From positions 896,001 through 960,000 of the forward strand of contig CAWEZH010000003.1 in the NCBI GenBank assembly GCA_963813535.1: a stretch of 64,000 bases of DNA, given 5' to 3'. Under the pieces are notes generated by a model, which was not told the DNA's origin, did not search any database, and was given only the letters and a program-made list of their open reading frames with translations. Below, piece by piece: positions 61,755-64,000 of the stretch. Both the position numbers and the translations under genes were made by a program. This stretch comes from an uncultured Chloroflexia bacterium (GTDB lineage Bacteria > Chloroflexota > Limnocylindria > Limnocylindrales > CSP1-4). Each line of letters begins with the position of its first letter. Within the stretch, counting starts at the first letter, position 1.

Positions 61755-64000
61755 CGAGGGTCGTTCGGCCGTAGGTTCGAGCCGCGAGCAGCGCGACCGT
61801 GCCGAGCACGATCGCCAGCACCCCGCCGACGACGGCCGCGATCTCGAAGGGCGGCAGGACGACGACCAGCGGTGGGATCGGCAGCCGGCCCTCGGCGTCG
61901 ATCGCCAGCGCGCCGGTCACCACGACGGCCAGCGCCAGACCGGCGACAAGGCCGGCGATGCTGCCGCCGATCGCCAGCCAGGCGGTCCGTGCGAGGGCGT
62001 GCCAGCGCAACGACGACGGCGGCACGCCCTGCGCCTCGAGGTCCGCCAGCTCACCGCGTTCGTCGCGAAGGTCGGTCACGGCACCCATCACGAGCGCTCC
62101 GATGGACAGCGTCAGACCGGCCAGTGCCGCCACGACCTGGGCCCAGACGATCGCCTGGCTCAGCGGGTCGGCGGCATGCTCCGCGACCAGGTCGGAGCGG
62201 GCGGCGACCTGGGCGAAGCGGAACGGCGGCTTGGCCAGCGCCGCGCGGACCTCGGCCTGGCGGTTCGGGTCCGACACGCTGAGCCACATCTCGGAGGGCC
62301 GGCCGGAACCCGGGACGGCCGAGGCGACCGACACGATGAACGGGTCGAGCGGGACGATGACGAAGCGTGGCTCGGGGTCGACGATCGAGGGTGCGCGATC
62401 GGCCGTGCCGACGATGCGGATCGGGATGGTGCCGCTGCCCAGGTGGAGGTCGAGGGTCCCGTCGGCCGTGCCTCGGCCGCGAGGTCCGGGCTGACGACCG
62501 CCGGCAGCGCCAGACCGTCGGTGACCTGCGGCGCCCGGACGATCACGGCACTGACCGTGAAGACCTCGAGGCCGATCGGCCGTTCGTCGACGAGGCCGTC
62601 GAGCCCCTCGAACGTCACCGTCGCCTGGAAGACCCCATGTTGGTGGCCGGTGCCCGCGACGATGCGATCGTTGTAGAAGACGAGCGTGGTGAGCAAGCCG
62701 CCGATCGCACTCTTTGGCAACGGCGCCGAGGCGCGGGTCATGCCGTCGCGCACCGTGCCGAGCGGGATCCGGGTCGAAATCACCGTCCTTCGTCCAGACG
62801 ATCGCATCGAGCCGCATGGGTTCGCCTTCGTAGCGGAACCGCAGGTCGAGCTGCGGCGAGCCTGCCGGCAGGGGATGGCCAGACACCGCCCAGCCGCCGG
62901 ATGGCGGATCGACGTGCAACCGGTCGGCCAGCTCTTCCACCGGCACGGTCGAGAAATCACGGCGCCAGCCGGGGAGGCTCGGGAGCTCCGCTGGGTCGAT
63001 CCCCAGGATGTCGACGCGGCTGCCGGGCTGGGTCGTGCTGCCTTCCCGGAACACGGGCACCGCCGTGACGTCCGACCCCAGCGCCGCGTAGCGCTCGACC
63101 GGCACGACCGAGGGCGCGATCGACAGGCCGGTGCCGAGCTCGGTCACCCGCAGGTCCAGTCCGGAGCGATAGGCGGCGGCGTCACCGATGCCCGCGCGCA
63201 GGGTGGCAGACCAGCACGTGGCGAACACGATCGCCCCGAGGCTGAAGGCCAGCAGCACCACGGTGGCCGCGGGTCGGCCGGGATCGCGCGACAGCGACAG
63301 GAGTGACAGCCGGACGGGGAGCGGCGCCCGCGTCGAGCGGCGGCTGATGGCACGGAGGAGTGGTGGCATCGACGTGGCCAGCAGGAGCGCCGCCACGAAC
63401 GCCAGCGCCGGCGGGAGCAGGACCACGATCGGGCTGCTGACCGACCGTGCCAGCGCCGCCGCGTCGAGCGGGCCGGTGCTCGCCAGCTGCCAGGCCAGCA
63501 CGACGATGGCGGTCAGCACCATCGCGACGATCGTCCGCACGCCGCCGCCCCACGACCGTCCCGGCGCTGTCGCGAGCACCGTCGTCACGATCGCGACCAC
63601 GATGACGACGACCGCAACGGCCAGCGGTCTCAGGCCCAGCGTGGCACCGGCGAGGATCGCGCCCACGTCGGCCCCGGCCCAGCCCGCGAGGATGGCCACG
63701 ACCAGGGCACCACCCATCCAGCCAAGGATGCTGCCGAGCACGGCAGGGATGGCCGCCTCGAGGACGAGGAACCGGATCCGGTCTCGCCGCCGGGCACCCA
63801 CCGCCGTCAGCCGCGCGACCTCGGCGGCCACGTCGTCCCGGACGACGAGCGCGAGGAACACCGCGAATGCCAGCAGGATCGCCACGCCGAGGGAGCCGAT
63901 GAGGAGCAGCCGCGCCGAGGCGGCATCGGCTTGCCCGAGCGCGACGGCGATCATCGTCAGCGGGCTCTCGACGCTGTACGCGGCATCAGCGGCGGCCAGG
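61681..64000 (-). CDS. FtsX-like ABC transporter permease (5' end outside the window; probable compensating frameshifts near 62775 and 62470)
   Basis: Repeated FtsX-type segments (E.A.L.A.GA and ERGELA.L.A.G) and multiple TMs; upstream of the ABC ATPase. Confidence 0.8.
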   Translation of the reverse strand, partial: LAAADAAYSVESPLTMIAVALGQADAASARLLLIGSLGVAILLAFAVFLALVVRDDVAAEVARLTAVGARRRDRIRFLVLEAAIPAVLGSILGWMGGALVVAILAGWAGADVGAILAGATLGLRPLAVAVVVIVVAIVTTVLATAPGRSWGGGVRTIVAMVLTAIVVLAWQLASTGPLDAAALARSVSSPIVVLLPPALAFVAALLLATSMPPLLRAISRRSTRAPLPVRLSLLSLSRDPGRPAATVVLLAFSLGAIVFATCWSATLRAGIGDAAAYRSGLDLRVTELGTGLSIAPSVVPVERYAALGSDVTAVPVFREGSTTQPGSRVDILGIDPAELPSLPGWRRDFSTVPVEELADRLHVDPPSGGWAVSGHPLPAGSPQLDLRFRYEGEPMRLDAIVWTKDGDFDPDPARHGARRHDPRLGAVAKECDRRLAHHARLLQRSHRRGHRPPTWGLPGDGDVRGARRPRRRTADRPRGLHGQCRDRPGAAGHRRSGAAGGRQPGPRGRGTADGTLDLHLGSGTIPIRIVGTADRAPSIVDPEPRFVIVPLDPFIVSVASAVPGSGRPSEMWLSVSDPNRQAEVRAALAKPPFRFAQVAARSDLVAEHAADPLSQAIVWAQVVAALAGLTLSIGALVMGAVTDLRDERGELADLEAQGVPPSSLRWHALARTAWLAIGGSIAGLVAGLALAVVVTGALAIDAEGRLPIPPLVVVLPPFEIAAVVGGVLAIVLGTVALLAARTYGRTTLGERRGGRADRRAGTWTAGPERADG

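Overview
High-GC, gene-dense bacterial chromosomal window. Gene content and style suggest an uncultured monoderm, possibly Chloroflexota (inference). No rRNA, tRNA, CRISPR array or intact mobile element was recognised. In order it holds: a giant GT-C/PMT glycosyltransferase facing an ArsR-headed, mycobacterial-like phosphatidylinositol-mannoside operon (arsR-pgsA-ino1-patA-patA-PHP-pimA); MFS, corA, a Cys-to-Ser sortase-like gene, tlpA and otsB; a complete but remodelled complex I operon preceded by midA; folK, kynU, MBL-rhodanese and an F420-type LLM gene; purH-glpX; an hspR-lon-dnaJ-clpB operon with a HAIR-like operator; a kimA-usp-trkA-trkA K+ locus; rsmG with DnaA-box-like sites and a structured leader; csoR, hpt and an ABC exporter. 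The best candidate for an undescribed system is the complex I. NuoI appears split into two halves on separate polypeptides, and between them sits an Stn/GltD-like NAD(P)H input module (cluster-less NuoE remnant, degenerate NuoF, NuoG-N/GltD flavoprotein). Other notable signals are a three-copy structured intergenic repeat with compensatory changes and two candidate structured RNAs. Several single-base frameshifts in core genes look like long-read assembly errors.
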